64,000 nucleotides of DNA from Octopus vulgaris (lineage: Eukaryota). Shown here piece by piece: positions 13,860-28,155 of this stretch. The stretch lies in contig OX597824.1 in assembly GCA_951406725.2 (NCBI GenBank), positions 93,186,001-93,250,000 of the forward strand. The letters are read 5' to 3'. The notes beneath the pieces were generated by a model. It saw only the letters and a list, made by a program, of their open reading frames with translations. It ran no database searches and was not told where the DNA came from. Each line of letters begins with the position of its first letter. Position 1 is the stretch's first letter. The position numbers and the translations under genes were made by a program.

Positions 13860-14510
13860 CAGCTATACATATTATAGCCATTGCCGAGACCTGAATTTCT
13901 GGAACGTACGCATCCAAACCCGTTTGTGATGACTACAGGCATACATATCTCGTGTTCAGACAGAATTGGGTGGAGGAGTGGCACAGTCATTTTGGAATAT
14001 ACTACCGTTAGAAATACAGGCGTTCCTTTATCTGGGAAAGGTTATAGAACGTAACTGGTAGTCAAAGTAGTGTTTCTACAATCGTGAATGCTTATTCACC
14101 TACCACAGAAGATTGGTCTGGTTTCTTTGGACGTCCAGAATTTTCCTAGAAAAATGTCATTCCTTAGAATATAAGTTGCAAGTCTATCAGCTGAAACAGT
14201 TCCAAAAGTAGAAGGCAGTACAATAAAAGGGCGGCGAGCTGGCAGAATCGTTAGCATGCCGCGCGAAATGCCTAGCGGTATTGCATCTGTCGTTACGTTC
14301 TGAGGTCAAATTCCGTTGAGGTCGACGTTGCCTTTCATCCTTTCGGGGGTCGATTAAATAAGTACCAGTTATGCACTGGGATCATTCTTTATCAGAAATC
14401 TTTTTCTTCACAGATCCTCAGTTCCACGAGGTTTCTTTCAGAGCCAAACGAAGACCAGATCTGGACGTCTAACATCTGGAACATTATCAAATATATATAC
14501 ACCTCTAAAG
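13860..14510 (+). pseudogene. Decayed L1/Tx1-like APE endonuclease fragment, interrupted by a SINE
   Basis: Fragmentary IIAIAET, GGGVA and IVNAYSPT motifs in the order expected for an APE domain. Confidence 0.5.
14229..14380 (+). mobile_element. Family A SINE, 3'-truncated
   Basis: ggcggcgagctggcagaatcg head and core. Confidence 0.85.
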
Positions 14511-14956
14511 ACTCAATAATGTCAGCAGAAAAAAATCCACGGCAGAATTCTGCAAAGGGCAGATGCTGAAGAGCACTGAATGTTTGAGAAAATCAGCTGT
14601 CTAGTTTGTTCTTCATGTTATCCTACGAAAACCTTGCTTAGAATTTTCCCGGATATCACCACTTCTCTAAGCTATATTCCACGAGTATCGAAATATATTT
14701 AGCCGGCTGTTAGATACACAGAGAACAAGAAAATTGTGCTGTATCAACATTTTCAGTGTCTAATCATTACTAATTTAAGGTGTTTTGTTAATCAACAGTT
14801 ATGACATGTTGGAATGAGGTAGTTATCAACCGAATCCATCGGAATCATTGCTCCACCTCCTTTTTGTGTCGACGAGAGCTGGTGGTGCTTTGAACTCATT
14901 TTCTACATGCCCGTATTTAAGACGTTAGCATTTAATTCCAGTCTGGTGATTTTGAT

Positions 14957-15005
<49 letters not shown>

Positions 15006-15619
15006 TTGAAAACATTCGCAATAATGGCTTTTACATTGCCTGATAATCTTCATGGCATTTACATGAATTGGCGATTCCATGAGTTTTTAATTCTATACCA
15101 AATCCAAATTCTCTCAGATACTTCATGATTTCGCGTCTATCAATAAAGAAACAGCTGGTTATTGGAGTCTGGTCTTTGATCTAGACATCTATATTTGCAA
15201 TCATTTAACGGATGTTGGCCTTCTTCGATAATGTGGAATATTTTATCTTTTGAAAATAATTCAAAGCTTGTGAATTAACCTATTCCTATTTACTAAAGAT
15301 TTCCAAAGATAGCGATAGACGGAAACAAAATGTAGGCGGTAGGTTGTAAAGTCTGGTATCCACAAATAGGCATCTTCCCTGTGATGGGTTTCCAGCAGTA
15401 TAGCATTCTTCATTCGGATGTTGATAAATTAATGTATCGGGCTACAGAGAAGCTGGCAAAGGACTGCCAGCGATGAAGGGCACTTGTGGACCTGGTCGGC
15501 TTTACGCATCTTGATGTCTCTGGGACTACTGACCTGGAATGACCTCAACCGCATCAAGTAAGAGCTCGAAGCAAACACTAGCACTCAAGTATTCGTCATC
15601 CTTGGACATTACGGTTTCG

Positions 15620-15845
15620 AGTCCTGGGTGTCATAAGGCACACTACCTGGTTCTCATGGCGTATACGCGGCCGAGATGAACCCCTGAACGTGACGCCAGC
15701 CTCTGACAAGGTAACAAACGTACAGGCGAGTAGACTGGGGCAGCGAGAAATAAGGTGTTATGCCCAAGAATACAACAAACCACACGGCCCGGGAAACCCC
15801 GATCTCACGATCGCGAGCACCATGCTCGACGCTCAGCGCTCCCCG
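15620..15845 (-). mobile_element. Old tRNA-derived SINE, family D
   Basis: gactggggcagcgagaaataaggtgttatgcccaagaatacaac, homologous to 45810-46055 and 38460-38700. Confidence 0.55.
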
Positions 15846-15894
15846 TCTTCACTCGCTCAGTCTCTCTATAACAAATTTCATTCGCCTAATTTTC

Positions 15895-16124
15895 TATTTG
15901 TCACTACCCACAAGGGGCTAAACACAGGGAGGACAAATAAGGACTGACAAACGGATTAAGTCGATTATATCGACCCATGTGCGTAACTGGTACTTATTTA
16001 ATCGACCCCGAAAGGATGAAAGTCAAAGTCGACCTCGGCGGAATTTGAACTCAGAACGTAGCAGCAGACGAAATACTGCTAAGCGTTTCGCCCGGCGTCC
16101 TAACGTTTCTGTTAGCTCGCCGCC
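15895..16124 (-). mobile_element. Family A SINE with 19-bp target-site duplication
   Basis: Full element; tttcattcgcctaattttc at 15876-15894 and 16125-16143. Confidence 0.92.
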
Positions 16125-17277
16125 TTTCATTCGCCTAATTTTCATTAACATGATTGTGTTGCACATGACACTTAACCAATATCCTGCACTGTGCTACAGA
16201 ACCTGAATACACATAGCTACGAGGCCAGCTTCTGAACAACGCAGACATGTATTAACCAATTTTTATTGGTCATTTATCAGACTTCGATTTTTACTGGTCA
16301 GATCAGTTCACCTCCCTTACTAATCAAGTGAGGTCAATCCCTTCAGTAATGTGTGCATGTTTACACTTCATTATTGCAGTTCGGTCATTGACCTCATTGT
16401 CAATATTTGCGGTTATATTAAGGATATTATTGATAATCGGTGAATGCTTCAATTGTTCGGAACATTCGCTGCTTTGAGATGAATCGAAGACATCTCATGT
16501 TAATTTCCTCACACTGAATGAATAATTGCCTTGTTGAAATCTTCCATTTATACATGTAAGTCCTTTCTCTTGATATAATATTAACAGACAAAGTAACTCC
16601 AATATAGAGATACAGACGAAATATAATTTTACACTTTGAACACTTTCCAATGTTTAAGATGGAACAAGCGTTTATAATTTCACTAACTTTACAATTTAGA
16701 AACCAAATGATTGGGAATTTTAGCTAATATTGAACTTCACTTAATACACGGCGAATGGATTACCCTGATATTTATTAAGAACTTCCATATTCTGAGGCAT
16801 TATTATGCTTTACAAATTTCAACTTGTGTATATTAAGCGGTCAGTAAACTTGATAAATAGAGCAGGCAAAACTCCAAGAAATCACCCTTGATAATAATGG
16901 TGACGATGGATTTAGCCATTGATCTGAAACAAATGCAACTTCGACCTTCATATGATCTCTGAATAATTGATGATGTTTTCTCAATGGCTAAGATCATAAA
17001 TGATATTGCAATTATAATGTCTACTGACCATTGCAAACCTATATTACTCATTTTCAGTTACTTAATGAACAGCAGAAACGCACTCTTCGTGACTGCTTAG
17101 AAGAATAGTGGAAATTGTCTGTAAACTTCAAACAGAGATGATGGTGGTAAGGTCCCTGATCGCTAAATATAATACTGCGTCACAGGAAAGTATTTTGATC
17201 TTATGCAACACTATAGATTCGTTCACTATTGTTTGTCTCTTCATACAAGAAATCAGATCACCTTGTGTATATGTACC

Positions 17278-17860
17278 TATTTCTTTATTACCAACAAGGG
17301 GCTAACCACAGACAGGACAAACAAGGACAGACAAAGAGATTAAGTCGATTCCATCGACCCCAGTGCGTAACTGGTACTTAATTTATCGACTCCGAAAGGA
17401 TGAAAGGCAAAGTCGACCTCGGCGGAATAGGAACTCAGAATGTAACGGCAGACGAAAAACCTATTTCTTTACTACCCACAAGGGGCTAACCACAGAGAGG
17501 ACAAACAAGGACAGACAAACGGATTAAGTCGATTCCATCGACCTCAGTGCGTAACTGGTACTTAATTTATTGACTCCGAAAGGTTGAAAGGCAAAGTCGA
17601 TCTCGGCGGAATTTGGACTCAGAATGTAAATGCAGACGAAGTACTTATTTCTTTACTACCCACAAGGGGCTAACCACAGAGAGGACAAACAAGGACAGAC
17701 AAACGGATTAAGTCGATTCAATTGACCCAATTTATCGACTCCGAAAGGATGAAAGGCAAAGTCGACCTCGGTGGAATTTGAACTCAGAACACAGCGGCAG
17801 ACAAAATACACCTAAGCAGTTCGCCTGGCGTGCTAACGTTTCCGCCAACTCGAGACGCTT
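17278..17860 (-). mobile_element. Family A SINE, trimer
   Basis: One head near 17860 and three body/tail units of about 184 bp, with the same junction as the 4852 dimer. Confidence 0.9.
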
Positions 17861-18825
17861 AGAGAAGGCATCTCTTGAACTCTCAGAGCAGTCAGTTTTG
17901 AAGTCAATATCCCACTTTGGATATATCACGTTAGCTTTAATGATGTTATTGTTCAAAGATTTCGAAAGGTTAGAAAATGGTAGAAATTTAAGAACCATGA
18001 AGTGATGTATGACCAATACATTTATGTGAAGTTGGATTACAGCCAATAAGTTTATGTGAAAAAGATACAATATCGTGGTTACAAAAATATTAAATTTGCT
18101 CGTGTCATTGCAGTTGTTTGACTAAATCTCAGCCTTGATCAAAGCATTCCAGTTGTAATAATTCTGGCGTTTTGCTATGTACAGGGAAAGCAGACCCGTC
18201 TTTTTCGAGAGTGATTTTTCCCAAGTCAAACAACCACGTAGAAGACCGTATGTCGCAAAATACAGTTGGGAATCAATGATGTAGATGTTTAAAATAATGA
18301 AATATACCAGCATCGAACCAACAGATTGAACTTGTGACACCAATGACCCTGAGAAAGACCTTCAATTGTACACCAACACTCTCTCTCTCAACTGAATATT
18401 GACCTCGACAACTTAACTATACATAAAATCGTGAACGGCAGTATTATCAATAAGACTTTTACCACAAAACTACAACAACAATATTGAGAATCATGAAAAT
18501 AAAACGAAACAGAATATATAAAAAAAAAAGTAAATAACAATAAAAATCGATAACAGCAACAACAACAACAACGAAAGCAATAATCTATATGATGAAACAC
18601 AAAACCAACATTAGTAAATGAAGATGTTTAGAAAAATATCTGAAATATGTCATAACTGTCAACGACTTAATTTGCAAATATGACAATACTAATTAATTCT
18701 GTCTCCTGAAATATAAACTTAAGTCTTCTACAAACCCACAGACTTGCTTTGGCTTTTCTTTCCATTCCTCTCTCTCTCTCTCTCTCTCTTCACCACCACA
18801 ATACACCACCATCATCATGCTTCAA

Positions 18826-18890
<65 letters not shown>

Positions 18891-18957
18891 GTGTCTTACT
18901 CTCGTTAACGGTCTCCGGACTTCATCAACACTTAATCTACTACTACTACTACTACTA

Positions 18958-19039
<82 letters not shown>

Positions 19040-19104
19040 CGCCACTACTACTAATAATAATAAGAAGAAATAGAAGAAGAAGAAAAAAAAGAAGAAGAAG
19101 AATG

Positions 19105-19163
<59 letters not shown>

Positions 19164-19610
19164 GCTACTACTACTATTACTAGGACTCCTATTACTACAT
19201 ACAAAGACACACAAGCATACGCACACGCACATACACACATACATATATATGTATATATATGTATGTGTATGTATATACATATATAAATGCATTTATTTTG
19301 ATATATACGTATGTAGATATCTACGTAGGTGTATATGCGTGTGTATGTGTAAACATGTAATGCATAAATTTATATATAAGTTTGTGTGTGTGCGCGCGCA
19401 TAAATACATACGTAATTACGCATAGACCTACATTACTAAGTTTTTATATTACATAATCTTAGTTCCACCCACACATCCATATGTTTCCCTTTCTTCTGGC
19501 AAACGTACACATATATATATATATGTTGACGCTGACGCACACACACAAACGCACATACATACACGCACAGTACACACATATGTTTTTGTTGTTTCTGATA
19601 TACGTATATT

Positions 19611-19652
<42 letters not shown>

Positions 19653-19688
19653 CATGTGTGTATGTATACATGTATGTATGTATGCATG

Positions 19689-19719
<31 letters not shown>

Positions 19720-19861
19720 ATATATATATATGTACATATGTATGTATACATATATATGTGCGTGTGTGTGTGTATGTATGTATATATATATATATATACG
19801 TATATACGTATATATATATATATGTATATATATATATGTGTGTGCATGTTTGTATATATAT

Positions 19862-19899
<38 letters not shown>

Positions 19900-20668
19900 T
19901 ATGTATGGCCGACTCCCTAGCAGTAAGCCCTGCCAATATACACATATATATATATGTATATATACTGACGTGGACACGATCACACGCACACACACACATG
20001 TACAAACACAACTACATGTTTATTTATGGTTATAAGGTTGTAATCTTTACATATATGAGCTAACGACTAAGCTATTATAGAAACGCGCAATCTACTCAAA
20101 AAGAGTAGGTGTATCTCCCTCAAATTTGTCGTAACAAACATACGACTTATTGCGTAATATTGCCATACACGATTTAAATAAAAAATAAAAAAAGCCTGGG
20201 TGATCGCGACATTGGCGTTCTGTTCCGATCTCTGCTGGGTCATCACAAACCTGGCGCTAACAACGTTTACTTTATATGTACGCTATGTTCCTACACGCAT
20301 TATTAAGTGAAATCAGGTGTTCAGAATTTTAGATTATCCTTCCTTATGAGAATAATCAGTTGTAGCTAATTACCTGCCTTAAACAGACACTGGTTTTCTC
20401 TCTATTTTGGTTTGTTCGTCTCTTTATCTTTTTTCCTTTTTTCTTTTCTTTTTTTTTTGCGCTCTCTTTTGCAAACTGCTTATTTACCTAAAATGAACCC
20501 AACTCAGCTCCTTTGCTATCATCCCCCTCCCTTTTTTTTTTCCTGTTCGCACAGCTTCCTCTGTCTCTTGTTTGCCTTATTTCTCACTATTATTGCATTC
20601 AAGATTACACTCGGTCATATATTATAGCTGTCAGACACACACGCACGCACACGCGCAAAAGCACACAC

Positions 20669-20700
<32 letters not shown>

Positions 20701-20816
20701 GCACACACACACACACACATATACATATATACACCTATTTATATATATATATATATGTATAGATATAGAGAGAGAGAGGATAGTGAGAGAGAGAGAGAGA
20801 GAGATATATAGATATA

Positions 20817-20969
20817 TACGAAGTGCTCCTTTTTCAGTTTCCGTCTAATAAATCCACTCATAGTGCTTTGGTCGCCCCGAGGCTACAGTAGAAGACACGT
20901 GTCCAAGGTTCAACGCAGTGGGACTGAGCCCCGAACCATGTGGTTGGGAAGCAAGCTTCCTACCACAGC
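20817..20969 (-). mobile_element. Family B SINE, 5' half
   Basis: tttcagtttccgtct...cagtgggactgagc...aaccatgtggttggg. Confidence 0.8.
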
Positions 20970-20999
20970 TTTAGTTATGACTGTCCTAGATTGTTGTAG

Positions 21000-21800
21000 T
21001 TTTAGTATAACATGAATAACATCTAATAAGCTGACCTGCCACCGTTCGTTATTGTTGATTGAAGGAGACGGTTGGGAAATCATACTGTATACACCCTGTT
21101 AAACACAGCTTGCCACAGCTGACTAGTTTACAGAATGCAGTCGCGTGTGAAGACAATTTGGAAGCTGGTTGTGCAATACAGGTTTGTGCTAAACTGGGAG
21201 AAATGCTACAGAATCTTATGAAATGCTCCACAATGCTTATGGATTTACTTGTATGAGTCGAGCATCTGTTTTCCGCTGGCTCATGAAGCTAGACAAAGAA
21301 TTCCTATTGAAAAACATATGATAATAACCTTTTATCGACTGTGAGGGCACCGTCTGCATTCACTGATTTCCCTGTGGTTAGACGGTCGATAAAGAATATT
21401 TTATGGCGGTTTTGAGTGAGTTCAAAAAGAGATTTCGTGGCATAAACCAGAGCACCTACACCGGGTCTTTTTCCAGTTTACAAATGCATCCTGCTAATCA
21501 AATACACGACGGAGATGCGCATCAGAAGTGTCCCTCACCCGCACTACAGTCCAGACGTTACACTCTGTGATTTTTGGTTGTTCTCCAAGGTGGAAGCGAT
21601 GATGGAACAAGCCGTGACAAGAATCCTGTTCACCTTTCCATTGGAAAGCTTTCATGGGACCTTCACGAAGTGGTTGGAGGGTTGTAACAATTGCAACCAA
21701 ATCAGTGGATCCTATTCTGATGGAGTTTAGAATTTTGTCTTTCTTTGAAATTAATAATTATCTCCATGAAAGAGTCTGGAAACATCCAAATAACATATAT
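21000..21800 (+). mobile_element. Decayed mariner (DD34D-type) transposon, internally deleted
   Basis: N-terminal CAI..CAKLG..ATESYEMLHNAYG..CMSRASVFRW and C-terminal VPHPHYSPDVTLCDFWLFSK (YSPDL motif), with frameshifts. Confidence 0.8.
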
Positions 21801-22454
21801 ATCTTCTGCGTACTCGCTCTTATTCACACATAACTAAATTCACTACAAACGTACATACAGGTCCACTTACAAATACTTTAGCATAAATATACTCTCGTGT
21901 TAAAACAGACACCTCGTACAGACTCGCACATTCACACATACGCGCACACAAAAATACGCATATACACATGCACAAGCTCGTACACATCAAAGCATGCACG
22001 CATATGCTCACACATAAACCAATCCTCCATCATATAAAGCCATGACGAAAAATACATTCAACCATGTTTTTGTGCAATGACACTCACACAAACAGATACG
22101 CACATAAACGGATATTCAGATGCATTGCACACACACATACACACACACACACGCGCGCGCTAAAACGCACCCACTGAAATACAGAAACACAGAGAGAAAT
22201 CCGTGCACCCGCAAATGATTCCGTGAAAATGAAAGCTGATAGTTGCGTTTAGACGCGAACATGTTACCAATTTGAATATTAGCTGTCAGGATCGCTTACA
22301 AAATTACCTAAACGATTTAGAAGGAAATTTATATGATATTTTGATAATTACGGTAAAATATATTTGATTTTTTGATAAATTGCTTAAGCTATGGTAGTGG
22401 GTGAACGAATCAGTCTAATGGTGGAAAAATATATCTCGTAATATGTCATTAAGC

Positions 22455-22765
22455 TAAGGCGACAGGATCGTAGAATTATTAGCTCGCCAAGGAAAATGCT
22501 TAGTGGTATTTCACCCGTCTTTCGTTTTGATCTCAGTTCAAGTTCAGCCGCGACCGACTTTACCTTTCAGGGTCGATAAAATAAACACCAGTCGAGTACT
22601 GGGGTCTACTTAATCCCTCTCTCCCTCCAATTTGCTAGCCTTGTACTAAAATTTGAATTCATTATGTCGCTAAGGTGACACGATAGCAGTTTATTTAGAG
22701 CGTCGGACAAAATGCTTGCAGCAGTTTCTTTGGCTTTAAGTTCTGAGTTCAAATTCTGCCAAGTA
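22455..22765 (+). mobile_element. Two old family A SINE remnants
   Basis: gggtcgataaaataaacaccagtcgagtactgggg and ttctgagttcaaattctgcc. Confidence 0.6.
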
Positions 22766-23893
22766 TATATATATACTAGATGGGCTTCTTTCAGTACCTA
22801 TCAAATCCATTTGAAATGAGTGGGTCGACCCGGATCTGTAGTGGGGAATCATTTGCCTAAACTTTCATGACTGCGGGGAACGGTAACTAGTTGAACTCAC
22901 CAGCAAAAAAACGTCGTGTATATCCTCGCCACGCGGCAATGGCGGCAAATCAGTCGCTGCAGCAACCACCCCCATCTCACAGGGATCGTTTTATCCAGGG
23001 AGAATGCTATATTTCATAAGGTCTTTAAAAACATTACCAGCATTTGAACAAAATACTCAATGGTTAATATCCATTAGTTAAAATTATTGTCAGACTGTGA
23101 GACGCATAAAATAAAACAGGAGAAAGATTATGAAATTTCGTGAAGTGTCTGCAATTTAAATTTAAAGAAACATCTTAAATGTATTTATTTTTCAACGTGA
23201 TGTTGTAACTCTAAGATTTCAGATTTCTTCTAAGAAATATTAGGTTTATCAGGTCAGAATTTCAAAATTCAAAAGTTTTGTCATATATCTGTGATAATTT
23301 TTCAGCACATAAATCTCTCACCTAATCCTCGTCTGACTTTAGACTCCGTTATTTACGCAGCATTACTAATATTAGACACCAGAAGGAAAAATATAGTGTA
23401 TACACCGAAGTTAATTAGGATGTATACCCTAATTACCTTATGTTCATTTATATAATTTTATTGAAAGAATTATCTCCCCTGGATACATTCTGTGACATCA
23501 CACCATTTTGCAAGTAGATTACCCTCGAATAACAAGCACAAATATAATATAATATATTGTTATATATTTCTTCGATTCCTTTTGTCTATACTTTATTGTT
23601 ATTTTTCCTTTATATCGATCATACTTCCTTTAAATCTTATATCCTGTTTTGCCATTTTCTTTTTCTCTTCAACGCTTTGATCTCTTTTTTTTTCTCTACT
23701 TATACCTTTTCTACTTTGATTTGTGCTTTCGCCTTTTATTTTCCCCTCATATATCTTAGTTTCCTTTCTCTATCATTATTTAAATTTACCGGCTTTCCTT
23801 TGATTCATTCTTTATAGTGAATACGCTTTTTTTTTCCTTACACACTTCTTTGTTCCTATTTTTCTCTCCAAGTATTATATTCGCCATTCACGC

Positions 23894-23961
<68 letters not shown>

Positions 23962-24020
23962 GTGTATATATATGTATAAATATATGTATATATACGTATA
24001 TGTATATATATACACACATA

Positions 24021-24085
<65 letters not shown>

Positions 24086-24399
24086 CATATATGTATATAT
24101 ACATGTATATATACATATATATAGGTATACATATGTATATTTATATTTGTATGTGTATATATATACGTGTGTCTTTAAGTGTGTGCATTTGTAGGCGTGT
24201 ATGTCTTTATTTGTAGTAAGTATATATTTGAGGATGAATGCGCTCGTGTGAGGTAACAACTGTTTCAAACCCATGATTCTATATATATACTGCTGACCTT
24301 ATATATATATAGGCAGCGGCAATCAGTCGATCAATAGATATATTTATGTGCGCGTGTTTGTGAGTGTGTATAGAAGTTCGAACTCTCCATTGAAGGTTG

Positions 24400-24402
24400 T
24401 TA

Positions 24403-24472
<70 letters not shown>

Positions 24473-24483
24473 CATCATCATCA

Positions 24484-24553
<70 letters not shown>

Positions 24554-24555
24554 CA

Positions 24556-24605
<50 letters not shown>

Positions 24606-24650
24606 ATTATCATTATTATTATTATCATTATCATTATTATTATTATTATC
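24400..24650. repeat. (ATT)n/(ATC)n microsatellite
   Basis: Directly visible. Confidence 0.95.
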
Positions 24651-25682
24651 ACACCCACCTTTGTATTTACGAAATAAGAACAACCACCAATCGCCGTAGC
24701 GTTTACATCATATCCACTGAAGAGAAAACACCTCGGCCGTATAAGCCTAACAGCATAAAATCTTTAAGTATGGATTTAAAATACTACCTTCTGGTTGCAA
24801 AAAAAAAAAATTCAAGGGTTGCAATCACAAACAAAAACAAGTATATGTTTTTACAGAGAGAAACCACAAGCCTAAATCGATCACGCTTATGATTTCAAAG
24901 AAAACCCAATCTCACCACATGCCAAATATATTTCTTACGTTCATTTATTTTCTATATATATCTCTCTACGTTTTTCTTGCTATCTTTCTTTGTTCCTTTA
25001 TTCATTTCTTTGGGTAATGTTGCTCGAATTGCTTTAGTGTATTAGAGTTATTCTGTATTTCTTTTATCCGAAGCTTCTTCTTTCCTTATATACATATATA
25101 TTTAGGTGTTTATCTCTTTATATTTCTTCGTTACGTCTCTTTCAGTTCTTTCATTATTAATATCATGGCCTTTTCCTCAATCGTATTCGTGTAACGCTTT
25201 TTTATTACTGAATAAAACGCTACGATTTATAAGGGTTAAGATTATCGCAAGAACTGAGAAATCTATCACTCTTTGACTTTTAATTCACAATGCATCCCAA
25301 ACAATCGTTTAACAATAAAACAAAATATATCGCCAATGTTTATTTTCAATGATTATTTGCCTTTTATAGATAATATTGATATATTGACAAGCTGAAGACT
25401 ATATAATGCAAACCTACACATATACACTCACATGTATATTTATATAGATGTCTATATTTATATTAAGTTTCGATTAATTTTGATGGGTGTATGGTAGAAT
25501 ATCTTGCAGGATATCAATCTATACCTCTATCTATCTAACTATTTATCTCTCTCCACTTCTGTCTGGCTCTCCGTCTCCCCTCTTTCTCTCTACATATATA
25601 TATATATATAATTTAATGTCCAGTATAAAGATACTAAATACTAATACTTGTCATATATATATGTATATATATATAATATAAT

Positions 25683-25717
<35 letters not shown>

Positions 25718-25718
25718 T

Positions 25719-25798
<80 letters not shown>

Positions 25799-26096
25799 GT
25801 AGGTAGATATACAGATATATAAATATTGCATGTATGTTTTATATATACACACACATATATTTATACGTACTATATATGAATACACATTATATTATATATA
25901 TATATACATATAGATGTATGTATACACATTTTATATGCATATGTGTGTGCGTGTATTCGTGTGTGTGTAGAGTGAAACATAACGAGTACGTTTATATTCA
26001 ACTATTTTTTTGTGTAGAGAGTAATTTATTTTCCTGTATCTGCGTAAACATTTATGTAAATATATACATATATACATTTGATCGTACACACACACC

Positions 26097-26206
26097 ACAC
26101 ACATCTTAGTGCATATATAAGCATATATATCTATTTATATATACACGTATGTATACATGTGTGTGTAAATATATATATATTCTCATATATGCACTAAGAT
26201 GTGTGT
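26097..26206. repeat. About 110-bp palindrome
   Basis: 22-bp perfect outer arms acacacatcttagtgcatatat / atatatgcactaagatgtgtgt; the interior is also near-symmetric. Confidence 0.8.
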
Positions 26207-26479
26207 TTGTGCGTACGTGTGTGCATGTTTGTTTGTATACGTATGCTTATTATATGTGTATATGGATGGATGGTTGATTGCATACATATATGTTTGCCTG
26301 TATGTATGTTTTTTTAGGTGTATACGGCTGTTTCAAGTGGCGATGTTAAATCGAACATAGTTTATAGTTTATATTTTAAGAGTACACATTCTAAGAGCTA
26401 GAGTATGTTTAACGATCCAGCTCTAGGTGTGTCCTTCGCATGGCTACATTAATTGATGGACGAGAGCATTAATATACAT

Positions 26480-26528
<49 letters not shown>

Positions 26529-26694
26529 ACAGCGTGTATATATGTATATATATTTAAAAGGATATATATAAATGTACATATATATATTTATATATATATA
26601 TATAATCAGATGTACATCAATTTATATACATGTATATATATATATAATATTTATATATATATACATTTATATATACATAAATGCATATATATAT

Positions 26695-26750
<56 letters not shown>

Positions 26751-27289
26751 ATGCATATATATATATGTATATATATATATATTCATATATGTATGTATAT
26801 TTAATATGTGACCTAGATACCAGTCATTGTTGCTTATACCTCGACTCAGTAACTCACCTGTTTTTTTGTTTTTTGGGTTTTTTTCACTTATGCTTGTACA
26901 ATGTGTGACATCAAGTTTTGCTGGACAAACACACACAAGCATTCATGATGGATATCAATGTCCAAGAAAGGCCAAACGAGAAAACAGTATTTATTGCGCG
27001 GTTGCCTGGGTTATGTATACATTTATCACTTTTTTTGTTATATGCACCCACATAAAGATATATATTTAGTTACCCTTCTCAGAAATACCATAAATACAGC
27101 CTGTTGTAAATATTTTATGTAGATATACTTAAGAAAACTTATGGCGATATGTCCTCAAACGCACATTAATATTTTATATGCATACATAAATATGGATTAG
27201 ACAGATTCGTACATAGAGATAGTTAGATACATACATTCATAGATATATGCTTATCTTGACAGATAGCCACGCACACACACACACACACA

Positions 27290-27360
<71 letters not shown>

Positions 27361-27370
<10 letters not shown>

Positions 27371-27528
27371 GGAAAATTAGAAAAGATAGAAAATGCTAAA
27401 ATAATTTTATCATGAAGAACATTTTAGTGCCGGTTCCAGCCTTTGTGTGTGTAAGGAAAATTAGAAAAGATAGAAAATGCTAAAATAATTTTATCATGAA
27501 GAACACTTTAGTGCCGGTTCCAGCCTTT
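27361..27528. repeat. 84-bp direct tandem duplication within a repeat element
   Basis: 27361-27444 versus 27445-27528, one substitution seen. Confidence 0.9.
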
Positions 27529-27798
27529 GCGACTTTTTCAGCTTAGAGTAAAGCATGAAAACAATTAAATTGTGGAACAAATTAAATGAAATGGTTCTTT
27601 TAAAAATATTTCAATACTTTTCAAATGCAAGGCACATTGTCCATTTTTGTGTTTGTCTCTGTCGCTCAATTTTACCCATGTGAGTTCTAGGTAGTAGGCC
27701 GCCGGCAGTGGTAGTTTGATATGAATTTTTTTTATTGTTTAAACAGCAGTAGTAGTTCTACTTCGTCTAATTTTTCCTTATATATATTTTCCTTATCA

Positions 27799-27865
<67 letters not shown>

Positions 27866-27892
27866 AAGTATATTTATATGTACAGGCATGCA

Positions 27893-27926
<34 letters not shown>

Positions 27927-27929
<3 letters not shown>

Positions 27930-28155
27930 CGAGATGGCAGAAACGTTAGCGCGCCGGGCGAAATGCTTAGCGGTATTTCGCCTGTCGTTACGTTGTGAGT
28001 TCAAATTCCGCCGAGGTCGACTTTACCTTTCATCCTTTCGGGGTCGATAAATAAAGTACCAATTTCGCACTGGGGTGGATGTAATCGACTTAATCCCTTT
28101 GTCTGTCCTTGTTTGTCCCATCTATGTTTATCCCCTTGTGGGTAGTAAAGAAATA
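27927..28155 (+). mobile_element. Family A SINE, tail A, in (TA)n
   Basis: Head, B box, core and tail. Confidence 0.9.

Noticed and set aside
17278-17860. CRISPR-like repeat-spacer array (also 44021-44540)
   Set aside because: Units are long SINE or repeat bodies without unique spacers; eukaryotic context and no cas genes.
16200-18400. Decayed LINE (IIIKGDF motif on the minus strand)
   Set aside because: One weak motif; not enough to call a family by eye.
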